Positions 35,934 to 49,298 of a stretch of 56,585 nt of DNA are shown one piece after another. The notes beneath the pieces are model-generated. The model saw only the letters and a program-made list of their open reading frames with translations, ran no database searches and was not told the DNA's origin. The stretch is from Catajapyx aquilonaris (lineage: Eukaryota), in contig KZ538130.1 in the NCBI GenBank assembly GCA_000934665.2, positions 62,001 through 118,585 of the forward strand. Reading direction: 5' to 3'. Within the stretch, counting starts at the first letter, position 1. Each line of letters starts with the position of its first letter. The position numbers and the translations under genes are program-made.

Positions 35934-38181
35934 AATTATGAAGTCACAAAATATGCTGAATGCATAAAAGCGCGTATTCAATTTGATGCAACGATAATGA
36001 ATTGGCAAAATGCACAAACACATACTCATTACCTCTCTAGGGTATATTCAGCTATAACTGCAGTGTCGAGGAAGAATTAATTGGGATTAGTTCATGCTAT
36101 TTTCAACCGTATTTTTTGTATTTCAGACCTATGTAATTATATTCCAAATTCATCTTATCGTCTATAGTACGCTATAATTACACCCCTATAAGTTTAGAAC
36201 AAATCTGGATCATTGTGGTGGCTTCGTCCTCTGCACAAATGTCCAACCACATCAATGTACAGAGATAGGAACTGGATAAAATTAGACAGGCGGTGAATAT
36301 GTAGCTAAATTATATTTATCGTACATCTGTGTGCCTTTTAGAACTATGAACGAAGTAGCATAAAGCAAGCAGTCATAGTATGGATGGTATACATTTGCTT
36401 TTTTGTACGATAAGAATGCAAATGTTGGGCTGTCCCACTTTCACAAGAAATGATAGTGATTGTAATGACGGGTTAGACAAGCATTATTTAACTGCTGTAC
36501 TGGCCAACCAAGAGTCTGTGAGTCTAATTCGATACTTCAAAACACAAAGTGGACTTAGGCTAGTCTATTTCATGCCTTGGTAAAATATATGTCTGTACTG
36601 AAGAATGGAATGCGATATTATCGGGCAAGCAGACTTGTTGCTTCCGCGATACATCGTTTACTATCGTGTGACACCACTTTAATCCTATAGCAACAATATT
36701 AGGTATCCAAAACATGCAATTTCATTTTTTTTAGGCAGAAAGCAACGTTTCGCAAGTGTGAATGTCTCTTATACACTTGCTTGAACTTGGCCAGAAATCC
36801 ACCGCGATCCACATATCGCAGAAATCCTATATTTTTTTTTCCTGGTATGGTTTTTCCTGATGACCATTTAGTGATAACTGGAGGCCTTGGGTGCCGAATT
36901 TCCTCTACTGATAGTGCGACTCACACAGTGATCTTTTTGTTAATAAGCGTAATTCAAACTAACAAAATAGCGATTTACTTATGTGACAATAGTGAAAGAG
37001 AGGAACGCTGAACATAAATATTCTCCAGACGCTCTTTCTTCTCGCTTGTATGTCTGATACCACAATCGACACAACAGACTTCTTAATCGACATAACAGAT
37101 CTCTTAAGCACCTAGTGTTTATCCCTATCTCGACCATCAATTTTCCACAACCAAGTTCTTTAGCTCCACACAAAGTACTTCACGCTGACCACCGAGATTT
37201 GTGACTACACTCCCATCCGATGCTATGCATATAGGGCCCGACAACTCAAAAAGTACGTAACGCTGACGTAGCTCCCCCCCCCCTCCTCCTCCTCTAAAAA
37301 TTGATTTTCATTGAACTCTCGCCCTAAATTCTCGGAAACCTTTGTTTTATTACACAAGTCATAGGTGTCTCTTTGTCCCATTAACGAAGATACCGGTATA
37401 ATTATACGCTCGTATAGTATGACAGATCGATTTTGTATTATTTGCAAAGCCTTTGTGCTTTGTAAAGTGATCATGCTTAATGTAGGGAAATCTGATTATA
37501 AAAAACCCCTAGATGGTATTTTTGTCGGATATGACGGAACGTGTCTAACTGCCTTTTTATGACCGTAATCAGTAAGAAAAACACCACAGGTATACAGCCA
37601 CATTAATGCTGTATTAGTGTAAGTCACACTTAACTACATAATAACTGCATGATACTGTGCTTTTTAAATTGGTTCAGCATGTACTGTAAGTACGACACTA
37701 CTTCTTAAAATGGTATGAAAGTCTGACACCCGGTGATGTTGAATCATATCAGAGGCGGATTATGATTCAAAGTCCTCCGTACATGGTCAGCAGGCTTGGG
37801 CAGCCTTTTCTGATTCGATTATTTACAGTTGAAAGATATTATTATATCGTGTACAGTACTTGAAATAAAACTACCGGTTAGAACTAAAACATGGTATGAC
37901 CACTTGTTATAACATGATTTTTTTTTCTCCAAATTTCCGGGTGATATTTAAGTTTAAAATAATGCATCTAAGGGCTACAAGTGTACAATATACACATGCA
38001 TAGTAATACACACATATAGCTTGCTTATCAGGTTCGGAATTAGCATAGTATTTTTTTCCCCCCCCCCCCCCCCCATTGGATATGGCAGGTTTTTGATCCA
38101 GTCTTCAATTCAATATCCATAATGGTGATTAAGTTTTTGGCTCTTAAGCTGCATTAACTTTAATTATACTACTGATATACA

Positions 38182-38526
38182 ACCGAAGCAGTGGTAGCGG
38201 AGGGGATATGGTATCCGACTGCTAATCGGGAGGTCCTGGGTTCGAATCCCGGTGGCCGCCGACCCTGACCGTGGTTTTCTATGGTTTCCCATGGTCTCAC
38301 CAGGAAAATTCCGGGGTCGTGTCCGTAATTATAGGCCACAGCCGCTTCCTTCCGTCCCTATCCCATCCCCATATACGAGAAGTAAAAAACGAAAGCAAGA
38401 GTTCCAGATAAGAAAATATGGTGGTATCCCACCCCCCTAAGAGGGCCCATGGCTCTAGCACGGGGTACAAATTATTATTATTATTATTATTATTATTATC
38501 ATTATCATCATCATCATCATCATTAT
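38182..38526 (+). mobile_element. SINE family 1 with (TTA)n(TCA)n tail
   Basis: B box GGTTCGAATCCC; 15-bp TSD TACTACTGATATACA (38167-38181 / 38527-38541). Confidence 0.92.
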
Positions 38527-39997
38527 TACTACTGATATACAGTATAATTATTATAGCTACTATTAGGTTGAGTGGGCGCATTCTTTTAACTGACACAGAT
38601 AGGAAGGGGAGGGATCTAGTCAGAAAAAAGGGTTCAAAATTTTTTGGTCTGGGGGGGGTCATTCCCAATGCCTTCTCAAATATTCATTGCAATTCTGGAA
38701 ATGGCTATTTCCATTAAACCTATACTGTATTAGCAGCTACGACAATTATTTGATAGCTCCTAAAAGTTCTGCATGACAACAAGAAGCTTAGTGCCAAAAA
38801 ATCGGTTTACTGACACTGACAGTTCAATTATTGCACAAGGTGTACTTCCTATTAATGATCTTATTATTATCTTGTTCTCATACATTTTCTTATGCCCTGC
38901 AATGCCTACGATGTTCTCTTTCCATTATTTCAATCATCATTAGGTAATTGTTATTTTGATTAGTTTAAAATAAATTTTGTTTTTTATGCTAACATAGAAG
39001 CAGTAGGAAGACCTGCAAATCACATAAATCAAATCAAATTCCTCACTTTTATTACTTGAGTGACATTGTTATGCAGCTGCATGATAGAAATGCAGCTATG
39101 CAACAAATACGTGTATAATGAATGTGGAAGTTATGTACTGCAAGTATAGGCATATATTGTTGACTTGACATGTGCAATTACTAAGGATGAACCAGATGGT
39201 GGCCAAATGATACAGATCGCATTGAATTAATCTAGCATCTAAACACAGCCTGTGTAATGAACTCACTGGTAAGTAGCATATCATATACAGTAATACTTAG
39301 AAGTGTGAGAGACCATTATTTTGTCAAAACAGGAAAGCCACTGTAGTCCTGTTGATGAGGAATCTTGACTCACTAAATGCCACAAAAATAGAGTGTGGAG
39401 GACTGTGCATTTGTACAGTACAAGGTATAGGATTCGAGATCATTATACACATGGCTGACCCATGTCTCATCTGACTTGTTAGTACCATCCCATATACACC
39501 AACCCAAACGCGTTATATGAGGGTGCAAGGACCTCCCGAAGATGCTGAGTTGCCATGTATTGCATGTGATTATTTCCGGTATTCGTGTCTGTGTTAGTTA
39601 GAAATTTCTGGCACTATAAGCTGCTTATATTAATTACACTTGAATAGTTATTAGCGGTTATCAGAGGTATTCATTGACATGATATTATTAGGCCGAATTA
39701 ATCATCTATCCTAGCTCTGGATTGTAATGGATTTCCGATTGGAAATGGCCCATTGGAGCATTTGGCATCGAACGCAAGGATAAAACCCACTTTTGTAGAC
39801 CAGATCCTCTTGCAGTCTTTAAAAAGGATGGGTACACGCAATCTAATATTATCAGCTAATACTTTTGATAACCACTAAGAACTATACAGAAAATAAGCAT
39901 TTAGTGCAAAAAAATCACAACAAAACCAGATATTTCAATTGGAATACCGGTATACCAAGTAATATCGCCTACAAGGCATCGAGTAAAGAAACCCTGT

Positions 39998-40532
39998 GGG
40001 CCTTGTGATGTAATAGTTAGTTGCCATATGCTTCTACCTATGAGGTCCCGAGTTCGATCCCGGGTCAGAGGATTTTCTGATTGTGTGAAAGAACGCATGT
40101 CGATGGTTTCTCTTTATGTTCGCGGAGGTTTTCTTGGGAATCTTACGTTTTATCTCTCAATAATAATTCATACCCCGTTATCAACCGGCGGCTCTTTAGG
40201 GGGGGATATATATATTTTTTGACTGGAACTCTTTGTTTCGTTTTTTACTGCGCTTTTTGGGATAGGATAGGAAAGGAAGGGAGGCGGCTGTGGCCTATTA
40301 GTTTAGGAAACAACTCCGGAATTCTCCTGGAGGAACCGTGGGAAACCACGGTTAGAGTTGCCGGCACCGGGATTCGAACCCAGGACCTCCCGATTAGCAG
40401 TCGGATACCATATCCCCTCCGCCACCACTGCTTCGGTTACGTTTTATCTCTCAAGGTCCATCAGTAGGGCAATAATTAGAAGATGGTCGCATAAAAGTCA
40501 GCCAGCTTATGACGGGGTTACCAATAAATTAT
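39998..40532 (+). mobile_element. Older tRNA-derived SINE (family 4) interrupted by a family-1 SINE
   Basis: TGATGTAATAG A-box-like motif, GAGTTCGATCCC B box; sequence resumes after the TSD at 40455 and ends GACGGGGTTACCAATAAATT. Confidence 0.6.
40161..40436 (-). mobile_element. SINE family 1
   Basis: 18-bp TSD TTACGTTTTATCTCTCAA (40143-40160 / 40437-40454). Confidence 0.92.
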
Positions 40533-42667
40533 TCTCATGAACATAATTATTATAATCTTATGAAGAATATTCTGACGAGACGAATATATTGTAAGCTTAC
40601 TTGGAATTGTACCGGCCCTATTTCCTGGTATAATCTCACTGTTGAATAATATTGATTCTGATTTGTTGGTGTATTTGACTTGTAGAGGACATCATCATGG
40701 TCATCATGACTATTGGCATTTGCAATTAAAAATCATATTTTTTTGCGTAACGCTATAGCAGGTTTCAGCGTATATTGTTCGTTACATCTTACATGCACTC
40801 TCTTAGGACGAATCTGAAAATATTTTTATCAATAAAAATTTCTGATCTTTCCTATCATTTCAAAATCCTTTCCATTCTGAAGCTGCCCATCTTTCGTAGA
40901 TTTTCGGACAAAAAAACTACTACAATATCTATTACACTTATCCCTCTGTCTATCGATCTGGCCGCCAGTATCCTTTGGCTTCCTGCAGGCTGTAAAATAA
41001 TATGAGCATTTCCAAGTAAGCCTATTGTATCGTTTGAGCTAGACGGCTTTTGCACTTGATTATACATGTAAGGTCTAACAGATTAACCGCACTAAGCTCT
41101 GCACATCGAAACTATGCATTCTCTTCCATATTCAGTTCAGTCACCCTAAGGGGTCATGCTGCAGCGGTGGGTTGGGTGCCAGCCATATTATTTTGCTATA
41201 TGGCCGCAATTTATCTTTTTGGAAAAAAGTGAATATGATTCGGCAGACTTTGATGGCATGCAGCCTGCACACTTTCCCAGCCATGTCAATGTGCTGCGGC
41301 ACACGGGTTCAGAACATCTGCTGCACGGCATATGTGGAAGTACACCCTCATCAATGACCTACATGTCAAATGCTGCATTTTAGGTGAAACCGAGTGGCTC
41401 ATATTGGCTCCCAAGTGACGTCAGACACCGCAAGACCTTTTTTTTTAATACTTACAGAGACCTTGTGTGGAGATTTTGCTTTTTCATGAACCTTATAAGA
41501 CAGTTGACGTTGTGAGTCATATCATCCGAACAATCTGAATACTCTTACCGGTCTGTACAACCTTGTGTAAGAACAAGGTCAGCCTGGTGACAAAATGAAT
41601 ACGTATACATACTTTACCGGCTTCATTTGTAATTCAGAGATTGGTTGCGCGTAGTATTTCCACATCAGGAAAGTTGAGAGAGCGGGGAGGGGGGGGGGGG
41701 GGAAAANATATGTCGGTGGTGTACCACTTGCATTCTTTAACACCACGATATGTAATGCTCCTTTTCTAAAAATAGACTATAGCGATATACAACATCCTAA
41801 AATATGTAAACCAGAGAAGTACAACACATTAGCTTTCCCTTCCCTTTATACATTCGCAATGAACTGCAACAAAGAGAATAACTTGAACTAATGAGTCAGC
41901 AGAGAACACATCTAAATATGGGCGTAAGGAGGCGGGATTTACTGTTTGCAGTACAAGTCCAGTAAAAAAGGTTGACAACCTGAACTACAAGAATGTCAAG
42001 GCTGTCTCTGGCGTGTATTCGTAGTTGTGACGATTCCGATGTTATTTTGTTTTTGCTAGAAAAATCTGCATTGTGGATGTCAACCCTATGCAGCTATAAT
42101 ATCACGTTCATTGCCAGACGCACATGTGGTATACAGCTGCCATCACATACCTCCTACTGTTTGTGTCTATTTCTGTATGGGAAACTGCTGTCACGCGTAT
42201 ATACAATCCATGGATGCCAGCTAAATTTTACAGGCCATCTCCAGCCTTGGGCATCGGCTAGGGGTATATTGGGCTCTCCCAACACATAAAAAGTGCACAG
42301 TAGAGCATACCGCTTAATATCAAGCCAACCATAGCTATAAGCACCGGTCACTTGAATAATACCTGCATATAAGCCAGGTCGATTCCGAGTCTTGAAAAGA
42401 ATGTGGATACCAAAAGCTGGTCCTGTGCTGGCTCGAGTTGGGCGAAACAGCATGATTCTTTTATTACACCTACAGCGGCTGCAAAGTTCGCTGCATGTGA
42501 TGTACAGTCAAGTTGTTTAGTCAGGTAGTGCGGATTCCGAGCTCTTTGATGTCCCAGTAAGCATTCAGGTTTTATGAGGATTCAAGGGAAAAGTTGCCGC
42601 CTACTCCAGTGTAACTAGGGCTCTCCGGGTGTTAGTAACAATGCGGTTTGTCTCTTGGTGAACAGTG

Positions 42668-42888
42668 ATGCAACGGTGGTCTGGTGCAAGAGCCTGCTGC
42701 TCCTGCTTGATGGTGGCCGTGGTCGTGCTGTTGCCCCTTTCTTCTACCGACAGCTCCTACTGTTTCAACGGCGAATGTTACCACATCTTGCCACCAGGCA
42801 AGCTCAACTTCAGCTGCAACCCGTCAGACAACACCGACTCTGCCGACAGCGAGCTACGAGTTACCGCACTGTTACCTGCCAACCCCAC
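42668..42888 (+). CDS. Natriuretic peptide receptor / receptor guanylyl cyclase-like gene, coding exon 1 (signal peptide and start of ANF-receptor domain)
   Basis: Acceptor AACAG| at 42665, ATG at 42668, hydrophobic LMVAVVVLLPLS, first-strand motif LRVTALLP, donor AC|GTCAGT (phase 2) compatible with the next exon. Confidence 0.75.
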
Positions 42889-42951
42889 GTCAGTACATCA
42901 CTCTATCTAACTGATAGCTGATAATGGTCTTAACTTAGTCCTGTCTTTTAG

Positions 42952-43160
42952 GTACGATCCTTCGTCCAAAAAGGCGGGTCCGGCTATTCTACTGGGTTTC
43001 CAAGAGGTGTTCCGGCGCCAGCTCATCAATGGTCTGAATGTGTCGATCCAATTCCGGGACTCCGGCTGTTCCATCGACAAGTCCACTCCGGAGGCTGTGG
43101 AGGCTCATGCCACGGATGCGGCTCACGTCTTCTTCGGCCCATCATGCGAGCTGGCCTTAG
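42952..43160 (+). CDS. Receptor gene, coding exon 2
   Basis: TTTTAG| acceptor after a 63-bp intron; translates YDPSSKKAGPAILLGFQEV...FRDSGCS...HVFFGPSCELAL, matching the DSxC and FFGPxC motifs of NPR-type ligand-binding domains; donor G|GTCAGT (phase 1). Confidence 0.88.
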
Positions 43161-46100
43161 GTCAGTCCTTCTCCAAGAATTCAGGCCTCTTTTTCACCCA
43201 GCACCAAAGGGTCATTTGAGATCCCCCCCCCCCCCCAACTCCCAGAGCATCAATTTTGATGCGCGATGCTTCCACTAGATTTTCAAAAAAAAAAATGCTG
43301 AAGAAATGTAAGGGAACAAGCCAGTTTCCTTTATGTGAAACTAAAGTAGGGCAGGAAAACTATTGGGCTGCCACAGTGCTGTAATCTTCAGTGGCCATGA
43401 CAGGTGCTGCGCTTGGATGGGTGAGTCTGCTTCCAAACTGCACGACACTACACGAGGCCAGGCGCGAACATTTTGGCACCAAAGCTCGAAATAGTGGCCA
43501 AGTCAAGAGAGAGAGAAGTGGATGGACAAAAAAAACGGTAGTTTGCACATAGCTCGGGTCTAGTCCAAACTTTGAAGAAGACGGGCTCCAGAGTATTGGG
43601 GAGTCTGTCCACGCAAAAACGTTTCCAGTTTGCCTGTCACGCTTGATGAAGATGGACGAAACCTTGCTCACTCCTGGCTATTTTGCTGCCTCGAGAGAGG
43701 TCACACTCTGCTTGCCGCAATTCCTCCTCATTAATCTGCCAGAAGGGGCAGTCTACGAGAAAAAGAAAGAGCCAACAGAAGAAAATCTTCTGTTAGATCG
43801 CAAATCGCCAAGAATCAATACCATTAGTGGCAGAAGTGGCTACTCTCTACCCAGTGTAATATTACAGCACTATGTCAAACTTCAAGGATCTGAAACGGTA
43901 TAACGTAGACGTCACAACATTTTCCATGGAGATAAGTCGCTAAAGAAGACTTTAAAATAATTCTGCTCCTTATCAGTTGGGCCGAATTTTCCGGCATCGC
44001 GCCTGCGAGCTGCTTCCGGAGAAAACAGCTATATCGACTGCTACTGGAATCTATAGGTCTAAGGTGGAGGCAGCAGGAAAGGTAGACCAGAAGACACGTG
44101 ACTGTCAGTTCAGGCCACACCCCTATTGCTCACCGAATTACTGCGATCGATCATACCTTCTCTCGGCTCCTTCCGCATAATTATCATATATTTCTTCTTC
44201 TGCTCGGGTCTTTGAGTAAGGGCAAAGTGGTCGAATAGTTCAGCGAAAAATAGTGCCGGCCAGAAAACGGAATTACTTCTGGTAATTACGTTATCAGAAA
44301 CGAGTTTCTGGATTTATTTCCAACTATGCACCAGCCGCCAATACGTACCAGGTGTTAATTACGCCATTAGCAGAGTCTGCTTGTTTTTCAGTCTCCAGAG
44401 TTCTTCCAGAGTTTTCACACCTCGTCTACAATAATTAAGGCCCGACCTTGCCCGGATATGGCGGTTAATTAGCAGCAAAATGGCAACAATGCAAGGTTGA
44501 ACATATGTACCTGGCACTATACATTCACCTCTAGCAACAGACCTTTTATGTTTGTCAGGTGCTGCGTAACCATAGAATATTCAGCGTTGCCCTCCATGGA
44601 TAATTCATTATATAAGGTGTACAGAATGTTTAGCCAGCCAACCTTTTAATCGCAGCACGAAAGGAACTGGCCAGAAACAAACCGGGCAACATTCATTCAC
44701 TTGCGCCAAATTGCGCGATTAAATTTATTCCCAACTCTGGCACACACAAAGCTTAACAAAGCCACCAGCGCAGGTGTTTCTGTCGCATGAAAGCCGCATT
44801 CACTACAATCTCATACACAAAAGCCTGACCCGGGAATAATAAGCGTACCCTAGCGGTAACTCCTCACAAGATGGGGCAGACGGTGTGACGCGCCATGACG
44901 TTTTTATGCCCCCACCGCAATCTAGTGGCGGTCCACCTCAACTTTTGAAATGCTGCAGAACATGGGAAAATTCATCCCTAATGGTCTACCTGCCCCTAAC
45001 ATGGTAATGACAATAAATAAGACAAGATTACATTGTTGCAATGAAAATAAATGTGAATAAAATTTTTGGAGTCTGGCACTCTGATAACGATGCTCCGGGT
45101 CACCAGTTATGTGGAGGTATAGCAAATATTTGTTCGGGACATGACCCTCATCAACGTGAAGGATTTACGACGTTGATCTCCCACACATAGATCACAATTC
45201 GTCTTATTCATGATGTTAATTAGGAAAGTCATGAAACCGCCTACATCACAGACACGCCAACCTGTACTTCAGGCTGCCAATATAATTTACACACACATTT
45301 GGCTGTTGGGGGCACTCCCTCGAAATTATCAATAGCCTATAAAAAATTAATTCATAAGATTAGGAAGTGTTAGCACCGTAATCACACAGAAGGGTTTATG
45401 CCTGGTTTCAGCCTAGTAGATGGCCATTACTGGCCCTACTACAAACCGAATAACTTGTTACACAGATCAACCGGATGATCCGCTCTACCCTACTACAACC
45501 AGGGGCGATGCCACTGGAGAATTGGGAGGAAGCTACTTAACGCACCCCTGCCCCTACTTACCCCCAATGGCACCACCTTTGGTCAGGGAGAATTGATAAT
45601 AATCTGTTAATAGTCCCAAGTGCCCCAAAGTGCATCCGAGTTATAATCTTTTTATTTTGCAACAAGTTTTCCGGAAAGCGTCCCTGGACTCATTAGAGTC
45701 TAATCATTGTTCCTGATGTTGCCTCTTCCCTTGAGAGACCTTCAATCCGTGCCTGCAGCCCCACTTCGCTCCGCGAACCACATCACAGATTGATAAAAGC
45801 TCCCAACAGTAAGCAAAGTTTGTAGTCGCAATTTTAAAATATTAACTACCAATAGTGCACATAAAACAGTTTAACCTATGGCCAAAGTGGCACCGAATTT
45901 AAATATCACGAGCCAGCCCCAGATTTTTATGAAAGTCATAGAGAGCGTGATACTCAAGCCCTGAGCTATGATAAATCATCAGTAATTGGGCAGGCGATAA
46001 GCGCTCGCTGCGTTCCCTATAGTGCCCTTGAATCCAAGACAAAAAAATAACGTATCTGGCTACCCCACTAAATTAGAGGATCCTATCCCAGAGGGGGTGG

Positions 46101-47000
46101 CGGGCGGTGGTGCCTAAAAGAAGGTTCCGAATATTCATGGGCATGGCGAAAGAGCTCTTTTGTTCCAGGCTTCCTTCTTTAGCACTTTCTTGAGAGGAAA
46201 TGAAGCTGTGTGACCTTTTCGAGGTGGAGATGTAAACAGAAGGCTGAGTGTTAGGTGGGTGTCTGAAGGTCACCTGCATACGCCTTAAGACACACTTAAG
46301 TCACCTACTCAGTGTCATTTCAAGAGGAAATTGTGTCATCAACGCACAATTACCTTCCTGTTCAGCGAGGGCATTTTGGCGTCCCTTATGCAACAGCGGT
46401 TAATTTATGTTGGCCAACCTTCCATTATACGACTCGTTGCGCTTTGTTACTTACGTTAGCTTCAGGCGCGTTTTAAAAGCACGTGAAATAAGACCTGTGC
46501 AAAGCCTGCAGGACTACCTGCTTTTCCACGGCTCCTGCTGATTGCATCATGTATTAGCCACCTCTGTACTATACCGATTGTGTTAAAACCTAGCTCTCAG
46601 TGCTAATATGAACCGGTCGCCAGAAGGACCTGAGTACATAAAATGGAGGAATGCTTTCATGGGAGAGTGAAACGGCCATTTCTCCAGGACATCTAGGAGG
46701 CCCAGTCTACTCAAATTTCGCAAAGAAATAGACATTAAAAATTAATCCGGTCGTTATGTTGGATGTGGAGTACTTCACTTGGATTGAATACGAGCCTATC
46801 GAAAATCCACTCTCTAAAATTATTGGAGTGATTTTACACTGGAGGGTTTTCGAATATTTCCTTCGCTAAATTTTTACCACAGATATTTGAAGTTATGGAT
46901 AGGTTTCCACTAACTCTCTTCTAAAGGGTCACTCAAGCTGAGCAAACTTGGGAGTTGAAAATTTCACTCTTAAAATTTTTGAGTGTGCATAATTATTATA

Positions 47001-47330
47001 CAGGGTGTTTCATCTTTTTTGTCCGAACAGTTATCGGAAAATTGCACGTAGCTGCTACTTTGTAAGCAGTGACTTGCAACCGGTGATTTGTCGGAGGAAT
47101 GGGGATTGGGGAAAATGAGGGTCACACATCCCATGGCATGTGTGACCCTCATTTTTCCAGGCTTGACCCTCAATTTTCAGCGGGCAGCACGTATGCCACT
47201 TCAACCTACGATTCGCAGGGAATATTCCCCGTTCCTCCGAAAAATCATCGTTTGCAAGTCACTGCTTACAAAGTAGCAGCTACGTGCAATCTTCCGATAA
47301 CTGTTCGGACAAAAAAGTTGAAACACCCTG
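47001..47330 (-). mobile_element. MITE family A, complete 330-bp copy
   Basis: TA|CAGGGTGTTTCATC ... GTTGAAACACCCTG|TA, ~85-bp inverted arms, interior reversed relative to 3235. Confidence 0.92.
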
Positions 47331-47362
47331 TAAGTCCAAATCGGGATTCAACAAATCAAAAG

Positions 47363-48004
47363 ATAGGGTGTTCCAAGTTCGTGGGTCGCTTTTAGTTATC
47401 ACTGATACCGTATCGTAGTTATTTTTGTGTAGCTTGTTGTGCCCCCGATCCAGTTGCCTCAGCACTATCAGGTGGTCGAATGTAGCAGTGTCTATAGAAT
47501 AGTGCACCTGGATCGAGCCACAACAAGCTACAAAAAATAACAGCTCTGAGTGACATCTATATAAATAAAGCCGTTTGTGAGTCTGTCTGTCTGTCTCTCT
47601 GTCTGTCTGTCCGCCTGCCAACCGTCATTTACCTGCCATCTGTGCTCCACCCCCAGGCCGGGAGAGGATCGAGGTGTTGGGGGTTGACTACAGATGGCAG
47701 GCAAATGACGGTTGCTGTTATACAGGCGGGAGAGGTTCAAGGTGTTGGAGGACCACAGATGGCATTGGTGGCCGGACACACAGAAAGACAGACAGTTGAC
47801 GGGGGTACTGGCAGGTGTTTTCCCTTCATTCATTTCTTCCCGGGCAACGCCGGGTGCCGCAGCTAGTTCCCTATAACTTTTTTTTACGTTACCCCGTGAT
47901 AATGCTGAGCCTTTTTAGGGGGGTGGAATACCACCATTTCACTCCATTTTCATATATTAACTTCATTCACCGGTGCAAGGACCCAAGAACTTGGAATAGT
48001 CTAT
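47363..48004. mobile_element. Degenerate MITE hosting a Helitron and a SINE-tail fragment (~47880-47945)
   Basis: ATAGGGTGTTCCAAGTTCGTGGGTC ... GACCCAAGAACTTGGAATAGTCTAT, with an internal inverted pair at ~47418-47541. Confidence 0.55.
47556..47866 (+). mobile_element. Helitron-like element family H1
   Basis: A|TC ... hairpin ... CTAG|T; near-identical to 10042-10344. Confidence 0.9.
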
Positions 48005-48977
48005 TTTCACAAAAAAATGTCGAATTCAGCAGCTAATATCGCAAATACTCGAACACTGAGCGACATATGAATATTAGCAGTTATCTCAGGTGTCAAGTGA
48101 CTTCTATCTCCACACACGATTTCCCCTTTTTCTCCAGATCCTCAGTCAGGGATACCAATTAATTATTCCAGGCTGGCAGATTTCCGCGGATGAATATGGC
48201 TCAAATTCCGAGTGCGCCCGCAGGAAAATGAAGCGTGAAACACGTCTCGAATGTGTCCAGGCAACTGATGAGCAAAAGAGGAGCAAAGGGGAGGGGATGG
48301 CACAAGTTTGGCAGTGTGATTAGCCCCATCTAGCGGTTTCAGTTACACATTATTGAAACATCCTGAAAAAAATTTGGTGCAATTAGTGTCATTCAACTAC
48401 GCTTATAGTCAGTAGCGCATAAAAGGGGGACAAGCAAGTTTTGTTCTTCAACCTCCGCTTGCCCATTATCTTCTGTATGAAGGGGATGGAGGAGCAGAGG
48501 AGGACTTGGGGAGGAAGAGACATCGATTTCCAGGGAAGAGGATAAAGGTGTCCGCCCCTTTTACTCAGAGCCGCCTTTGTCATTCTCCCAACACTCGATA
48601 TTTCGGTGGGGGAGAGACTCTCTTATTTTCCCTTTGTAGTCCCCTCCATCCCCTACCACCCACACATCTCCGCAAAAGCCTAGGGGTCAACCGCACATGT
48701 ATACTGTTTCTCATTCTTTCGACGAAAAACACAGAAACCGAGAGAAAAAAAAATGGTGCGAAAATCCTGAAGGCACTTGAGAGGATTGCTCCAGAACTGG
48801 CAGAGGTCAAGTCGCAGAAACAAATTGGTGACAGTGTGGACCCATCAGAAGAGCTGGGGGTGCCATCAGTCTGGGAGGGCAGCCATTTGTATCCGGAGGT
48901 GGGGAGGGAGGGTGATAGGGAGGGAGGTGGGGGGAGGATTTTGTTTGCCTTATGGTCCAATCCATCTCTCGTTGCAG

Positions 48978-49149
48978 CTCCGGTAGCAAGGCTGATGAAG
49001 TACTGGAACACGCCGCTGTTGACTGGTGGCGCACTCACCTTCGACTATACCAACAACAAGACGGATCCCGAAGATGTGTACTATCTGACTACCAGGACTG
49101 GATTCAGCTTCAAGGGGATATCAGATACAGTTATAGCCGTTATGGAAGA
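48978..49149 (+). CDS. Receptor gene, coding exon 3
   Basis: CTCTCGTTGCAG| acceptor; APVARLMKYWNTPLLTGGALTFDY...YYLTTRTGFSFKGISDTVIAVMEE matches the APVAR..W.P..T.GA and LTR motifs; donor GA|GTTAGT (phase 2). Confidence 0.92.
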
Positions 49150-49298
49150 GTTAGTATCAGTGTCGATTGAATTTACAGAAATTTTGATGAATTTTTGAAT
49201 AATTTTCATTTCTTAAGGAGGTACCGAACATTTCAATCATAGATTCCTCCTGCAGGCTGTCATCTGGAAGGATATTTATTTATTTATTTAATACCGCA

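Noticed and set aside
38182..38260. tRNA-Ser(GCT)-like gene
   Set aside because: No proper acceptor stem or long variable arm; it continues into a SINE body with tail and TSD and is multi-copy.
43360..43671. Minus-strand ORF with FAWTDSPIL resembling the BEL/Pao RNase H WTDS motif
   Set aside because: Only a short motif; the expected neighbouring conserved residues and LTRs are absent.
48506..48977. 5' part of the 230-aa ORF
   Set aside because: Similarity to the receptor family starts only at the acceptor at 48978; the upstream part is open intron sequence.
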